64,000 nucleotides of DNA from Dehalococcoidia bacterium (GCA_965261665.1 OZ253467.1:150576-214575); one strand, 5' to 3'. Shown: positions 8,498 through 18,899, counted from the stretch's first letter. Numbers and translations are program-made. Notes: a model not told the origin generated them from the letters alone.

Positions 8498-9430
8498 TTA
8501 AGTCCGAGCCGCCCGCAGCCGCCGAATGGGGTTAACCATCCGGAAGAAGCTGCCAATCTCCCCCAATTCCCACATCACCAGGAACTGGCTCGCTATGAAT
8601 ATGGAGCTGTACGTTCCCGCCACAGTGCCGATGAGAAGCACCAGCAGGAACTCCCGCAGCGTCGCGCCCCCAATCAGCAACAGGGCCAACAGGGCGAAGG
8701 TGGTCGTCAAGCTGGTGCCCAGCGACCTACCCATGCTCTCCATAATGCTTATGTTCACCGACTCCGCCAACGGGCGGTCCAGGTCTCGCGCCACGTTCTC
8801 CCGGATGCGGTCGAACACCACGATAGTATCGTTGACGCTATACCCTGCCACGGCCAGAAGGCCAACCACGAACATCACGTTGACTTCCAAGCCGATTAAC
8901 TTCCCCAGAATGGAGAATATGCCGATGATTATCACCACGTCGTGTACCAGCGCCAGCACCGCCGCTACCCCGTATCGGAAGGAGCCGGGAATGTGCCGGA
9001 AGGCCCACGTTATGTAAAACATTATCCCCACCGCCGCCACCAGCACCGCAATCACGGCATTGCGCACCGTTTCCCCCGCCACCTCCGGCGACACTGTTTC
9101 CACCTTGGAGATGAAGTCCACCGGCGTGATGTTCTGCTCCAGCACTCCCTGAATCTTGTCTCGCTCGCCCTCCTGAAGCTCCTTAGTCCGGATGAACACA
9201 GTCGAAGCCGACAGTTTCTGAATCCGCGCGTCGGCATGGTCCGCTTTGGCCATCGCCTCCCGCACCTGTTCCTCCTCCACCGCCTGCTCAAACGTCACCT
9301 CGAACGCGGAGCCGCTGGAGAAATCGATTCCGGCGCGTACGGCCGGGGGGATTATGAGGGAGATGATTCCCGGCACCAGAATCAGGGCCGATATCAGGAA
9401 GTACCATTTGCGCTTTCCTACAATGTTCAT
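8498..9430 (-). CDS. secF: Protein translocase subunit SecF
   Basis: GIDFSSG, LALVHDV, GYSVNDTIVVFDRIRE, GTYSSIFIA. Overlaps the secD stop. Confidence 0.97.
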   Translation of the reverse strand: MNIVGKRKWYFLISALILVPGIISLIIPPAVRAGIDFSSGSAFEVTFEQAVEEEQVREAMAKADHADARIQKLSASTVFIRTKELQEGERDKIQGVLEQNITPVDFISKVETVSPEVAGETVRNAVIAVLVAAVGIMFYITWAFRHIPGSFRYGVAAVLALVHDVVIIIGIFSILGKLIGLEVNVMFVVGLLAVAGYSVNDTIVVFDRIRENVARDLDRPLAESVNISIMESMGRSLGTSLTTTFALLALLLIGGATLREFLLVLLIGTVAGTYSSIFIASQFLVMWELGEIGSFFRMVNPIRRLRAART

Positions 9431-12135
9431 GCCCTTCCCCCTCCCCCAGATTCCTCGTCGCGCCTACGCACACCCTCCGGCGTAAACAGGTTCAGCCTTT
9501 CTCCCAACTTGGTGAAGGCCAGTAGCTTCAGGAAGTTCCGGCTAACCATCAGGGCAGTGAACATGCTGACCGCCACGCCTATGGCAAGAGTGATGGCGAA
9601 GCCCGTGATTCTCGGCTCGCCCAACTCCCGCCCGAAGAAGAATAGAATGCCGCATGTAATGAACGTGGACGTGTTGCTGTCCCGAATGGCGGGCCACGCC
9701 CGGCGGAACCCAATCTCCATTGACGAGAGCAGGCTCCGGCCCGCGCGCAGCTCCTCTTTCAACCGCTCGAATATCAGGATGTTCGCGTCTACCGCCATTC
9801 CTATCGAGAGGATGAGGGCAGCCAGGCCGGAGAGGGTCAGCGTCACCGGCGTCATCTTGAACACCGCCAGCAACAGCGCCGTGTAGATTATCAGCGCCGC
9901 CGCGGCCACGAGGCCGGCTGCCCGGTAGTAGATAATCATGAACAATATAATCAGCCCCAGACCCACCAGCGCCGCCTTCAGGCTGGCCCTAAGCGATTCG
10001 CCGCCCAGGAAGGAGTCTACGGTGCTCTCCCGCACCAGATCCAGCGAAACCGGCAGGCTTCCCGATTCCAGCTGGATCGACAGGGTCCGCACCCGGTCGA
10101 AGGTGAAGTCCTGGCCCTCTATGAACCCCGATCCGCTGATGATGGGCTGCCGCGCTACCGGGCAGATGATACTCTCTTCGTCCAGCACGTGGGCTATGCA
10201 CTTCGTCTGGTCTCCCGCTATGCGTGTGGTGAAGTCACGGAAGATACGCGTCCCCTCACCGTCGAAGACAAAGTTCACGATGGGCAGTCCCGTGGTCGGG
10301 TGGGAACCGGCGAAGGCCTGCACCAGGTTGTCCCCAGTAAGAGCTTCGCCGCTGCGCCCCACGGCATCCTGGTCCTCAAATTCCGAGCAATCAGAGTTCA
10401 GGCAGGTCCGCTCTTTGAGTACCAGCTGAGCCGTTTGGCCGATGAGAGCCTTCGCTTCCTCCACGCCTCCCGTGGCGCTGAAGGAATAGATAGGCAGCAC
10501 CGCGACGCCCAGGCTCTGACGCAGTTCGTTCTGCTCTGTGCCGCTCAACGTACGAACCCTTATCCGGAAAGACACCCCTGGGGTGGCTAGCACCTCCACC
10601 TCTTCCTCTCCATGTCCCAGCCCCACCACTGCGTCGGAAACGACCACAGCCTCAAAGTTGCCCCGGAACGCAACCTGCATCGCCTGCAAGTTCTCGTCGT
10701 ACTCAAAAGACTCTATAGCCCCTAACTCTTCTTCCAAAGTGGCCCGGATCTCCTGCCGTTCCTCTTCCGTTACCTCCTGCACCCGAATGTCGAAGACCCC
10801 GGGAACGGTAGCAATCTCAGCCTCGTCAACCAATACGTCTTCGAATCCCAACTCCTCCAAGGCGTTCTCCAGGGTTGGCTTCGACACTCTTCCCTTGAAG
10901 ACCACAACTATGCTTGTATCCTCAACGCCGGGCAACTGCACCAGCACTCTATCCTCGCCGAACAGCTGAACGCTGGGCTCCGTAATTCCGAAAGCGTCCA
11001 CACGCCGCTGAATGGTGTCAATGACGCCCTCCATGCGGTCCGTGGTGGGATTTTCTCGCGCCAGTTGGAAGAGGGAAAGGACGCCCACCTGCTCCGACAC
11101 CTCTCCTTCAATCGTCGAATCCCTTTCTTCGTCGAGAACCGAAAGGTCCACCACGTATTCCCTGCCTCGTGACTCGATGACCCCCGCCTCGGAGAAGCCC
11201 AGGTCCACCATTGCCGTTTCCATCACCGCCTGCTCAACACCCGTCTCCAGCGTTAGATCGATGAGGGCGGACTGGATGTTGGTAGAGTTCACCTGGTCGA
11301 TACCGATGACATTCTCCCGAAGTCCCTCCTCCAGGGCAACGAAATCCCCTTCTTCCAGGGGGTCCAGCGTCGCGGTGAAGTTCTTGCCGTCCACGTTAAC
11401 AATGCGGGCGTCCGGGTATTCCAAATCGTTGAACGCAACCTGCAGCGCGCCTTCATTCGGGGCCGGCGTGAAAAATACGTAAGCCGCCTGGACCACGTCG
11501 TCCTCGTCCCGTGCCACCTGGAGATCCTCCACGGTGAAGACCTCGTTCAGCGCCATCCTCATGGCCTCCTCCGCCTCCTCATCTATGGAAGAAGGAAGCT
11601 CGCTCAGGATGAATATCTGCCTCGACACGGTCGCCACCAGAACGTCTGGGTAGCCCAGTCCCCGGATCACATTCCCCACAGACCCTTGGCTGGGCAACTC
11701 CACCAGGCTGACGTGAATCTGCGTTCTGTCTTCGACGCTGGACTCATAACTCGTTGCCGTGCCCACATCTGCCTGAAGCTCCTCCATGAAGCTGCTCACG
11801 CCTTCCTCGTCGATGCCGGGCACGTCCAGCGAGAACTCCTCCCGATCGAAGGTCGTGATGACTACCGAACCCAGGTCCAGTTTGTTCAAGCCTTCCTTCA
11901 ATTCCGACTCGGAGATGGGCTGCTGGAAGGTGGCATTGATATTCACCGGTCTGTCCGCCTGGTAGACCAGGTGAGCGCCGCCTCTCAGGTCCAGACCCAA
12001 TACCAGACCCAGCGGCCCAGTGCCTCCCCGGTCGAAGGAGTCTCCCGGTAGGTCCACCTCCTGGTTCCAAAGCACCAGCACGGCCAGCGTGAACATTACC
12101 CCAATTATCAGGAAGATTCTGAGATTACTACGCAT
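9427..12135 (-). CDS. secD: Protein translocase subunit SecD, greatly extended (902 aa)
   Basis: LGLDLRGG, IQRRVDAFGITEP, VQLPG, GMAVDANILIFERLKEE, AIRDSNTST. Confidence 0.95.
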   Translation of the reverse strand: MRSNLRIFLIIGVMFTLAVLVLWNQEVDLPGDSFDRGGTGPLGLVLGLDLRGGAHLVYQADRPVNINATFQQPISESELKEGLNKLDLGSVVITTFDREEFSLDVPGIDEEGVSSFMEELQADVGTATSYESSVEDRTQIHVSLVELPSQGSVGNVIRGLGYPDVLVATVSRQIFILSELPSSIDEEAEEAMRMALNEVFTVEDLQVARDEDDVVQAAYVFFTPAPNEGALQVAFNDLEYPDARIVNVDGKNFTATLDPLEEGDFVALEEGLRENVIGIDQVNSTNIQSALIDLTLETGVEQAVMETAMVDLGFSEAGVIESRGREYVVDLSVLDEERDSTIEGEVSEQVGVLSLFQLARENPTTDRMEGVIDTIQRRVDAFGITEPSVQLFGEDRVLVQLPGVEDTSIVVVFKGRVSKPTLENALEELGFEDVLVDEAEIATVPGVFDIRVQEVTEEERQEIRATLEEELGAIESFEYDENLQAMQVAFRGNFEAVVVSDAVVGLGHGEEEVEVLATPGVSFRIRVRTLSGTEQNELRQSLGVAVLPIYSFSATGGVEEAKALIGQTAQLVLKERTCLNSDCSEFEDQDAVGRSGEALTGDNLVQAFAGSHPTTGLPIVNFVFDGEGTRIFRDFTTRIAGDQTKCIAHVLDEESIICPVARQPIISGSGFIEGQDFTFDRVRTLSIQLESGSLPVSLDLVRESTVDSFLGGESLRASLKAALVGLGLIILFMIIYYRAAGLVAAAALIIYTALLLAVFKMTPVTLTLSGLAALILSIGMAVDANILIFERLKEELRAGRSLLSSMEIGFRRAWPAIRDSNTSTFITCGILFFFGRELGEPRITGFAITLAIGVAVSMFTALMVSRNFLKLLAFTKLGERLNLFTPEGVRRRDEESGGGGRA

Positions 12136-12144
12136 GAGCGTTCG

Positions 12145-13689
12145 TTACCATGTCCCTTCTTCCAAACGCGCCCGCACCCACGCCAGCGCTTCCTCTCTGG
12201 AACCCACTTCCGACGCCGCCCTCGCCTCTTCCAGGTCATCCAAAAGCCGGCGGAAGATGGGCCCGGGTTCAAGGCCAAAGACCTTAATCAAATCGTGGCC
12301 TGTCAAAAGGATCTGCCGCTTCTCAGCAGTGCTTTCGGTGGACTCCCGTCTATTCTCGGCAATGACGTAGTTGACCAGGTCTATGCGGCGGAGCCAGTCT
12401 TCAGTCTCCAACATCGGCCCCCGGGCCGCCAGATAGTCGGCCAGGCTCAGATACAGCACCGAGTATGCCGATTCGCCCAGGTCCCGGAAGAACCGGTAAA
12501 TAGCCCGCTGACTGGGGAGTTCAAGCTCCTGACTCATCTGCGTGGGCCTCAAGTGCGCATCCACCATGGCGGAGACACTCCGAATTCCACGGGCGCTGAT
12601 GCGAAGGACCCGCAGCCGCTCTTCGGCCACCACCGCCCCCTGCTTCGGATGGCCCAAGAACCTGGTCCTGCCCGTCGCGTCCACGGCCTTAGTCTGAGGC
12701 TTGGCGATGTCGTGAAATAGTGCTCCCACCTTGAGTATAGTGCGGCGGCTGTGACCGTCGCTCACCTTCTCCTCGAAGTGACGCTCCATGTCCTCGTCCC
12801 AGCACAGCGTTGCGAAGAGAGAGGCGTCTCGACAGGAAGCCGGCGACGTCACCGCGTGGGCAGCCTCCACCGCCTGGACCGTATGCTCGAACACGTCCCA
12901 GTAGTGCTCCTTCGGCTGACTTACCCCCTGCGCGCGCTCCAACTCCGGGACAATGCGGCACAACAGCCCCAGATCGTCCAGGCAGTGCAGAGTGTCTTGC
13001 GGGGCGTCGAGAGTTAGGAGCGTCAGGAATTCGTCCCTGATCCGCTCCTTGGCTATAGTGTCTATCAAATGTGCGTGGTCTGCAATCGCAGCGGCGGTTT
13101 CCTCGTGGATGCGGAAGCCGAAGCTACGGGCCAGACGCACGCCCCGTAGGAGGCGGCTGGGGTCTTCCCGGAAGACCCGGTCGTTCACCATCCGAACCAG
13201 ACCGCGCTCCAAGTCTTCCCGCCCGCCGAAGGGGTCGATGAGGGCATGAGTCCATTCGTCGCTGTCAGCAGCTTCGATGGGCAGGGCCATAGCATCAATG
13301 GTAAAGTCCCGACAGGCCAGGTCTTCCTCCACGGGACCGTTCATGGCGGCCACGTCAACCGTCGGGCCGTCGTCCCTGCAGACAACTCGCGCCACGCCCC
13401 GCTGGGGGTCCAGCGGCACGAATGTCCCGCCTAGTAGTTGGGCCAATTCCTGACCCAAGACCAGGGCGTCACCCCGAACTGCAACGTCCACGTCGTGACT
13501 GGACCGACCGGTTAGCGCGTCTCTAAGGCATCCCCCCACCAGGTAAGCCTCCACCCCGCGGGAGCTAAAGAACTCTCCAAGCACTGCGGCGATGGATACA
13601 GGCAGCGCAATCGATTCGACAGGTGGAAGCCGGTGAGGCCCGGGCGAGACCGTTACTTGCTGGATGAAGCAGCCTCCGTTGCGTCCCAC
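12145..13689 (-). CDS. CCA tRNA nucleotidyltransferase / poly(A) polymerase family protein with HD domain; start uncertain, probably downstream of 13650
   Basis: YLVGGCLRD, DVDV, RDFTIDAMA, EDPSRLLR, ERIRDE, ALFHDIAKP. Confidence 0.9.
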   Translation of the reverse strand: MGRNGGCFIQQVTVSPGPHRLPPVESIALPVSIAAVLGEFFSSRGVEAYLVGGCLRDALTGRSSHDVDVAVRGDALVLGQELAQLLGGTFVPLDPQRGVARVVCRDDGPTVDVAAMNGPVEEDLACRDFTIDAMALPIEAADSDEWTHALIDPFGGREDLERGLVRMVNDRVFREDPSRLLRGVRLARSFGFRIHEETAAAIADHAHLIDTIAKERIRDEFLTLLTLDAPQDTLHCLDDLGLLCRIVPELERAQGVSQPKEHYWDVFEHTVQAVEAAHAVTSPASCRDASLFATLCWDEDMERHFEEKVSDGHSRRTILKVGALFHDIAKPQTKAVDATGRTRFLGHPKQGAVVAEERLRVLRISARGIRSVSAMVDAHLRPTQMSQELELPSQRAIYRFFRDLGESAYSVLYLSLADYLAARGPMLETEDWLRRIDLVNYVIAENRRESTESTAEKRQILLTGHDLIKVFGLEPGPIFRRLLDDLEEARAASEVGSREEALAWVRARLEEGTW

Positions 13690-14186
13690 TCCGCGTCCTC
13701 TTCCACCTCGTCCTCGTCATTCTTCCAGAGCTGGTCCTTGCTCACCAGCCGTTCCACGTACAGATGCCCGTCCAGATGGTCCGTCTCGTGCTCCAACGCC
13801 TGGGCCATCAGGTCACACTCCGCCTCAATACGGAAGGGCTTGCCGTCCAGCCCCTTGGCCTTCACGCGCACTTTCTCCGACCGGAGCGCCAGACCGGAGT
13901 ACCCCGGAATGCTTAGGCAGCCCTCCGTGAGCTCTCGAGACCCCTCCCGTAGAACAACCTCAGGATTGATAAGCACCACGGCTTCGTCCTCGTCGGGCAG
14001 CTGGATGACGGCTATACGCAGCGGTACGCCAATCTGGTTTGCCGCCAGCCCAACGCCGTGGGCATCATGCATCGTCTCTATCATATCCTCCACTAGCCTG
14101 CGAACGCCGTCGTCAATCCGCTTCACCCGGCTGGTCTTTCGACTCAACACCGTGCTGGGCGCGGAAACCAGGGGCTTCACAGCCAC
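13653..14186 (-). CDS. def: Peptide deformylase
   Basis: GVGLAANQIG, EGCLS, HETDHLDG. Confidence 0.97.
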   Translation of the reverse strand: MAVKPLVSAPSTVLSRKTSRVKRIDDGVRRLVEDMIETMHDAHGVGLAANQIGVPLRIAVIQLPDEDEAVVLINPEVVLREGSRELTEGCLSIPGYSGLALRSEKVRVKAKGLDGKPFRIEAECDLMAQALEHETDHLDGHLYVERLVSKDQLWKNDEDEVEEDAEWDATEAASSSK

Positions 14187-14296
14187 GCTCTTTTCACCTC
14201 TTTATGGCGTCCTTTCCAGAACCCTCGGGGTTAAAGGCCTCAAAGATTATAGACACTCGCCTCAACGGGTGTAAAGGCGCAACCCCATTCTAAACG

Positions 14297-16852
14297 TTAA
14301 AGCGCCGTTACTGGATCTACGTCCACCGTCCAGCCTTTGGGAATGGAGACTGCGCCCAAGAGGACGTGAAGGACGCCTCCGGCTCCCCGAAGAATCAGAT
14401 GCCAGCGGTATAGACCACGAACCCGGTAGGGCTGCGCCGGCGCCGGACCCACCACGTCGACCCCGGCCAACCCGCGCCCGTAGGCCGTAGAGCGGAGGAG
14501 CTCGGCCATCCGTCTGGCCTCCTCCTCGCACGCTTCCTCCCTTACATGCTGGTACGCGAGGTTGATCAACCGGCTGAAGGGCGGATTTCTCAATTGCCGC
14601 CGGTAATCTATCTCCCGCTTGTAAAAGCTAAAAAAATCCTGGCGGCCCGCGGCGCGTATCGCGTAGTTTTCCGGGTTGTAGGTCTGGATGATGACCAGAC
14701 CGGGCGTCTGGCCTCTGCCAGCCCGCCCCGCCACCTGGCACAACAGCTGGAAGGTTCTCTCCCCCGCGCGAAAGTCGGGCCGATGCAAGCCCACGTCCGC
14801 CAGCACCACCCCCACAAGGCTAACGTTTGGCACGTGAAGCCCCTTGGCCACCATCTGGGTACCCACCAGCACCTGCGCTTCCCCCGCGACGAAGGACTTC
14901 AGCAGCGCCTCGTGTTCCCCACTCCGTCCTGCCGCATCGCTGTCCCAACGCACCACCCCGACTCCAGGGAGGGCCAGCTCCAACTCCTCCACCACCCTCT
15001 GAGTGCCTGCCCCCAGGTATTGAAGCATACGACTGCCGCACTCCTCGCAGCTGGAGGGAGGCCTGCGACGTCGACCGCAGAGGTGGCACAGCAGCCCCTG
15101 GCTGCGATGGTAGGTGACAGCCACAGAGCAGCGGCGGCACTCCAGGGCCAAGCCGCAGTTCTTGCACTGCACCACGGAGGCCGCACCGCGCCGGTTCAAA
15201 AAAAGGATGGCCTGTTCTCCCCGGCCAACGCATCCTGCCAGCGAGCGGGTCAGCCGGCGGCTGAATGGACTGCGATTCCCCTCCTTCAGTTCCTGGCGCA
15301 TGTCCTCTATTACAACCCTGGCCAATCCCGTCCGCATCTTCTGTTTGGGCGAAGTCTCGCTAGACGGCCCCGCCGGAGCCTCCTCAATTTCCCCCGGTGG
15401 CCCTTGGTCATTGGGCCCGGCCGGCGGCGGCGCTATCCGATAGGGCAGCTGGAACAGCCGGTGCCGCCTTCCCCGTCGGGCGTGCCTTTCCGATGATGCA
15501 TGCCTTTCCCGCGATGCGTGCCTTTCCGGTGATGCATGAAAATAGGTGGCCACGTCAGGCGTGGCGCTGCCCATCAATAACGGCGCGCCAGAAATCTGAG
15601 AAATCTTCCACGCCGTCTCTCTGGCGTGATATCGGGGCGGCTGGTTCTCCTCCTTATAATTCCACTCGTGCTCCTCGTCTATTACGATGAGGCCCAAATC
15701 CGGCAGAGGCGAAAACAGCGCGCTCCTTGGCCCCACCACCACGTCGTAGGCTCCCCCACGGATGCGCCACCAGGCATCGAACCGTTGCTGTAGGGTCAGG
15801 CCGCTGTGGAGCAAGGCCACCCTCCCGGGAAAGCGAGCGTTGATTCGGTCTTCCATCTGCGGCGTCATGGAAATCTCCGGCACCAGCAGAATCCCGCGGC
15901 GTCCCAGGCTGATGCACCGCTCCAGCGCGCGCAGATACACCTCCGTCTTGCCGCTGCCCGTGACCCCGTGCAGCAATACGCTGCGAGGCGACGCTCTTTT
16001 GTCATCGAGAAGAGTACGCACGTAGGCCGCGACGCGATGCTGTTCCGGCGTGAGGGTTGGCAGCAGCCCCAACTGGTAGTCCAGAGACCTTCGCCGTCCA
16101 TCGCTGCGAATCCACTCCTGGGCCAGAAGACCCTTTTCGACGAGACCCCTTACCGCCGAGGAACCAAACCCCTTCATAGCGACGGGGTAGGGAATACCGC
16201 CGGAATGTTCCAACGATTCGGCAAGCAGCGCCGCCTGTCTCGGCGCGCCCTTAAGCCGAGACAGCGCCTTCTCCCTAGAATCCTCGCCGCAGACATTTGG
16301 CAACAGCAAGCGTTCGTACCGGGGCGCCGTGCGCGGACGGACGATCTCCCACTCCTTTGCCACAACCCCACGGCGCACCAACCGATTCAAAGGCGCGCCT
16401 GCCCTTCGGCCCAAGGCTTTCTTGACGGCGCTTTCCAGCTTTCGCCCTCCCTCGGCAAGGAACTCATAAACGACCGCCTCTTCCTCAATTAGGCCGGAAG
16501 GTCGTTCCCGTGCAATTCTGACATGGGCGCGAAGGCGGGTCCTGAACCCTGGCGGCAGCATAAGGGTAGCCGCCTCGAAGAGGGACGAGAGATAGTAGCG
16601 ACTCAACCATCGGGCCAGTTCTAGCCCCCACGACGGCAGCAGCGCGTTGGGCGCAATCGCGGAGATGACCGGACGGGTTGTATCCAACGCAGTATGGTCC
16701 GAAACTTCAAAGACCATCCCTTGGACAGGACGAGGACCGAGGGGAACCCAGACCAGCTGTCCGGGGAATACTTCCATCCGCGGCGGGATGCTGTAGGTGA
16801 GTGTCCGGTTTACCCCTAGCGGCGCGTCGACGGCAACTTCAGCGTACTTCAT
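14297..16852 (-). CDS. priA: Primosomal protein N' (replication restart helicase)
   Basis: GVTGSGKTEVY, IDEEHE, SATP, LFLNRRG, four CxxC pairs, GTQMVAKG, QVAGRAGR, VDVDP. Confidence 0.97.
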   Translation of the reverse strand: MKYAEVAVDAPLGVNRTLTYSIPPRMEVFPGQLVWVPLGPRPVQGMVFEVSDHTALDTTRPVISAIAPNALLPSWGLELARWLSRYYLSSLFEAATLMLPPGFRTRLRAHVRIARERPSGLIEEEAVVYEFLAEGGRKLESAVKKALGRRAGAPLNRLVRRGVVAKEWEIVRPRTAPRYERLLLPNVCGEDSREKALSRLKGAPRQAALLAESLEHSGGIPYPVAMKGFGSSAVRGLVEKGLLAQEWIRSDGRRRSLDYQLGLLPTLTPEQHRVAAYVRTLLDDKRASPRSVLLHGVTGSGKTEVYLRALERCISLGRRGILLVPEISMTPQMEDRINARFPGRVALLHSGLTLQQRFDAWWRIRGGAYDVVVGPRSALFSPLPDLGLIVIDEEHEWNYKEENQPPRYHARETAWKISQISGAPLLMGSATPDVATYFHASPERHASRERHASSERHARRGRRHRLFQLPYRIAPPPAGPNDQGPPGEIEEAPAGPSSETSPKQKMRTGLARVVIEDMRQELKEGNRSPFSRRLTRSLAGCVGRGEQAILFLNRRGAASVVQCKNCGLALECRRCSVAVTYHRSQGLLCHLCGRRRRPPSSCEECGSRMLQYLGAGTQRVVEELELALPGVGVVRWDSDAAGRSGEHEALLKSFVAGEAQVLVGTQMVAKGLHVPNVSLVGVVLADVGLHRPDFRAGERTFQLLCQVAGRAGRGQTPGLVIIQTYNPENYAIRAAGRQDFFSFYKREIDYRRQLRNPPFSRLINLAYQHVREEACEEEARRMAELLRSTAYGRGLAGVDVVGPAPAQPYRVRGLYRWHLILRGAGGVLHVLLGAVSIPKGWTVDVDPVTAL
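15480..15533. repeat. Three 18-bp in-frame tandem repeats inside priA
   Basis: gcgtgcctttccgatgat / gcatgcctttcccgcgat / gcgtgcctttccggtgat, encoding HASPER-HASRER-HASSER. Confidence 0.85.
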
Positions 16853-16918
16853 GCAGCACCATCCGCACGAAGCATCCGCACGCCGACCATGAATATAAAC
16901 CGCTTTGGATCAGATCCC

Positions 16919-16993
16919 GTAGGGGCGTCCCCTGTGGGCGCCCTGATTTCGTTACGCTGGCCATCCCCTGTAGGGGCGGTTCACGAACCGCCC
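16919..16993 (+). repeat. Two GTAG-type REP-like palindromes (family A)
   Basis: gtaggggcgtcccctgtgggcgccc and gtaggggcggttcacgaaccgccc. Confidence 0.85.
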
Positions 16994-17006
16994 ACCCCAT
17001 CCAGGT

Positions 17007-17351
17007 TTAGTAGCGGCCCCGCTCCTTGATGCGCGCCGCCCGTCCGAAGCGACCTCGCAGATAGTAGAGCCGGGCGCGACGGACTTTCCCGCGTCGAACC
17101 ACTTCCACCGACTCTATTCGCGGCGAATAGAAGGGAAAAGTTCGCTCCACCCCAATATTCTGAGTGACGCGACGAACCGTGAAGTTCGCGCCGGGACCTT
17201 CCCCTCGTCGCTTGATGACCACACCCTGAAAGGCCTGAATTCGCTCCCGCTCCCCTTCCCTTACCCGATAGTTGACCTTCACCGAATCTCCGGGACCGAA
17301 CTCCTGTATCTTGGGGTTCGCCTGTACGTTGATTACTGAACTTACTGCCAT
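17007..17351 (-). CDS. rplS: 50S ribosomal protein L19
   Basis: [39 protein letters not shown]. The real start is ATG at 17351. Confidence 0.97.
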   Translation of the reverse strand: MAVSSVINVQANPKIQEFGPGDSVKVNYRVREGERERIQAFQGVVIKRRGEGPGANFTVRRVTQNIGVERTFPFYSPRIESVEVVRRGKVRRARLYYLRGRFGRAARIKERGRY

Positions 17352-17448
17352 GACCGCTCTTCTCCCAATTGCGCTACAAAACCATATTCTACCGCCTCCC
17401 CGCCATTGTGGGCAAGCTGATGGGACTCCCCCTACCGTTCCTTTCCCC

Positions 17449-17576
17449 GTAGGGGCAACCCTTGTGGTTGCCCGAATCCGGTTACACCGGCCCATCCCGT
17501 ATGGGCGGTTCGGGACCCACCATCCCCCCGTTTCAACGCCGTCCCTCCCCCATAGAGGCGTCCCTCATGGGCGCCC
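17449..17576 (+). repeat. Three GTAG-type REP-like palindromes (family A, two degenerate)
   Basis: gtaggggcaacccttgtggttgccc, gtatgggcggttcgggaccc, atagaggcgtccctcatgggcgccc. Confidence 0.8.
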
Positions 17577-17603
17577 TCTTCCAACCAAGGACGGAACCAT
17601 CTA

Positions 17604-18899
17604 ATGCAACGAGCACATGATACACTTGCCCCACCTCTTCAATCTGAACAGGACTATGAAGTCGTGCAGAAGCGGACTAAGCAAACGGCTGGCCAGTGGC
17701 GTGAAGTGACTCTGGGCGACATTATGTCTTTTGCCAACGGCAGATCGAGCCCTGAACGATCTGCCGATTCGCTGTATCCTGTCTATGGCTCTAACGGAAT
17801 CATAAGCAAGTCCAACGAAGTGAACTCAGTTGCCAACACGATTGTTATTGGACGAGTTGGAAGTTACTGTGGCTCGCTACACTTCAGCAATGAGAATTGT
17901 TGGGTTACAGATAACGCTATTCGGGCTAAGGCCATAGGCGAGAACGATAGTAAGTTTTTCTATTACCTCCTCAAAACCTTGGAATTAAATGAATGGAGAA
18001 CTGGTTCTGGACAGCCCCTGCTCAACCAACTGATACTGTCTTCAATTCCGACAGTCATCCCACCCCTTCAGGAGCAGCGGGCCATTGCCCACGTGCTGGG
18101 GACGCTCGACGACAAGATTGAGCTGAATCGTCGGATGAATGAGACGTTGGAGGAGATGGCGCGGGCGCTGTTCAAGTCCTGGTTCGTCGACTTTGAGCCG
18201 GTGCGGGCCAAGATGACGGGACGCTGGCGTCGGGGCGAGTCCCTCCCCGGCCTCCCCGCCGAATTATATGACCTCTTCCCCGCCTGGCTCGCGCCGGCGG
18301 AGTTGGGGGACATTCCGGGAAGGTGGTAGGTGAGGAGGTTGGGGGAATGTTACAACTTGACTATGGGACAATCTCCTCCTGGGAAAACCTACAATGAATA
18401 CGGCGAAGGTATGCCGTTTTTCCAAGGACGGACCGACTTTGGATTCCGCTATCCACAAAACAGGAAATATTGCACTGCACCAAAGCGATTTGCCGACCCA
18501 GATGATACTCTTGTCAGCGTTAGGGCGCCGGTAGGAGATATCAACATGGCCTGGGAAAAGTGCTGTATTGGGAGGGGAGTTAGTGCCCTTCGACATCAGT
18601 CGGGGTCTGTGTCCTTTACCTACTGTTCCATGAGAGCCCTACAGCCTGCACTGAGGGAATACGAGCAGACAGGAACAGTATTTGGAGCAATCAACAAGAA
18701 CCAATTCGAGGCATTGCCGGTGGTGGAACCAACCGCGCGATTGGTTGCCTTTTTCGATAAACTTGCGTCAGAGTGGGACCAGCGAATAAGGTCTAACGTG
18801 TCAGAATCCCGCGCTCTTGCTTCTAAAAGGGATGCGTTGCTGCCGGAGCTAGTGAGTGGGGAGGTGGGAATATCTTCGACAAGGATGGGCAGCGAGTAA
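17604..18899 (+). pseudogene. hsdS: Type I R-M specificity subunit HsdS split by an in-frame amber stop (18327-18329)
   Basis: TRD1 (W..VTLGD, IVIGRVGSYCG), central conserved region PPLQEQRAIA...LDDKIELNRRMNETLEEMARALFKSWF, then IPGRW*VRRLGE, TRD2 and RDALLPELVSGE, all in one frame. Confidence 0.88.

Noticed and set aside
18327-18329. Amber readthrough (pyrrolysine or recoding) in hsdS
   Set aside because: TAG is used as a normal stop throughout the window and no pyl genes are seen. A GAG-to-TAG point mutation is simpler.
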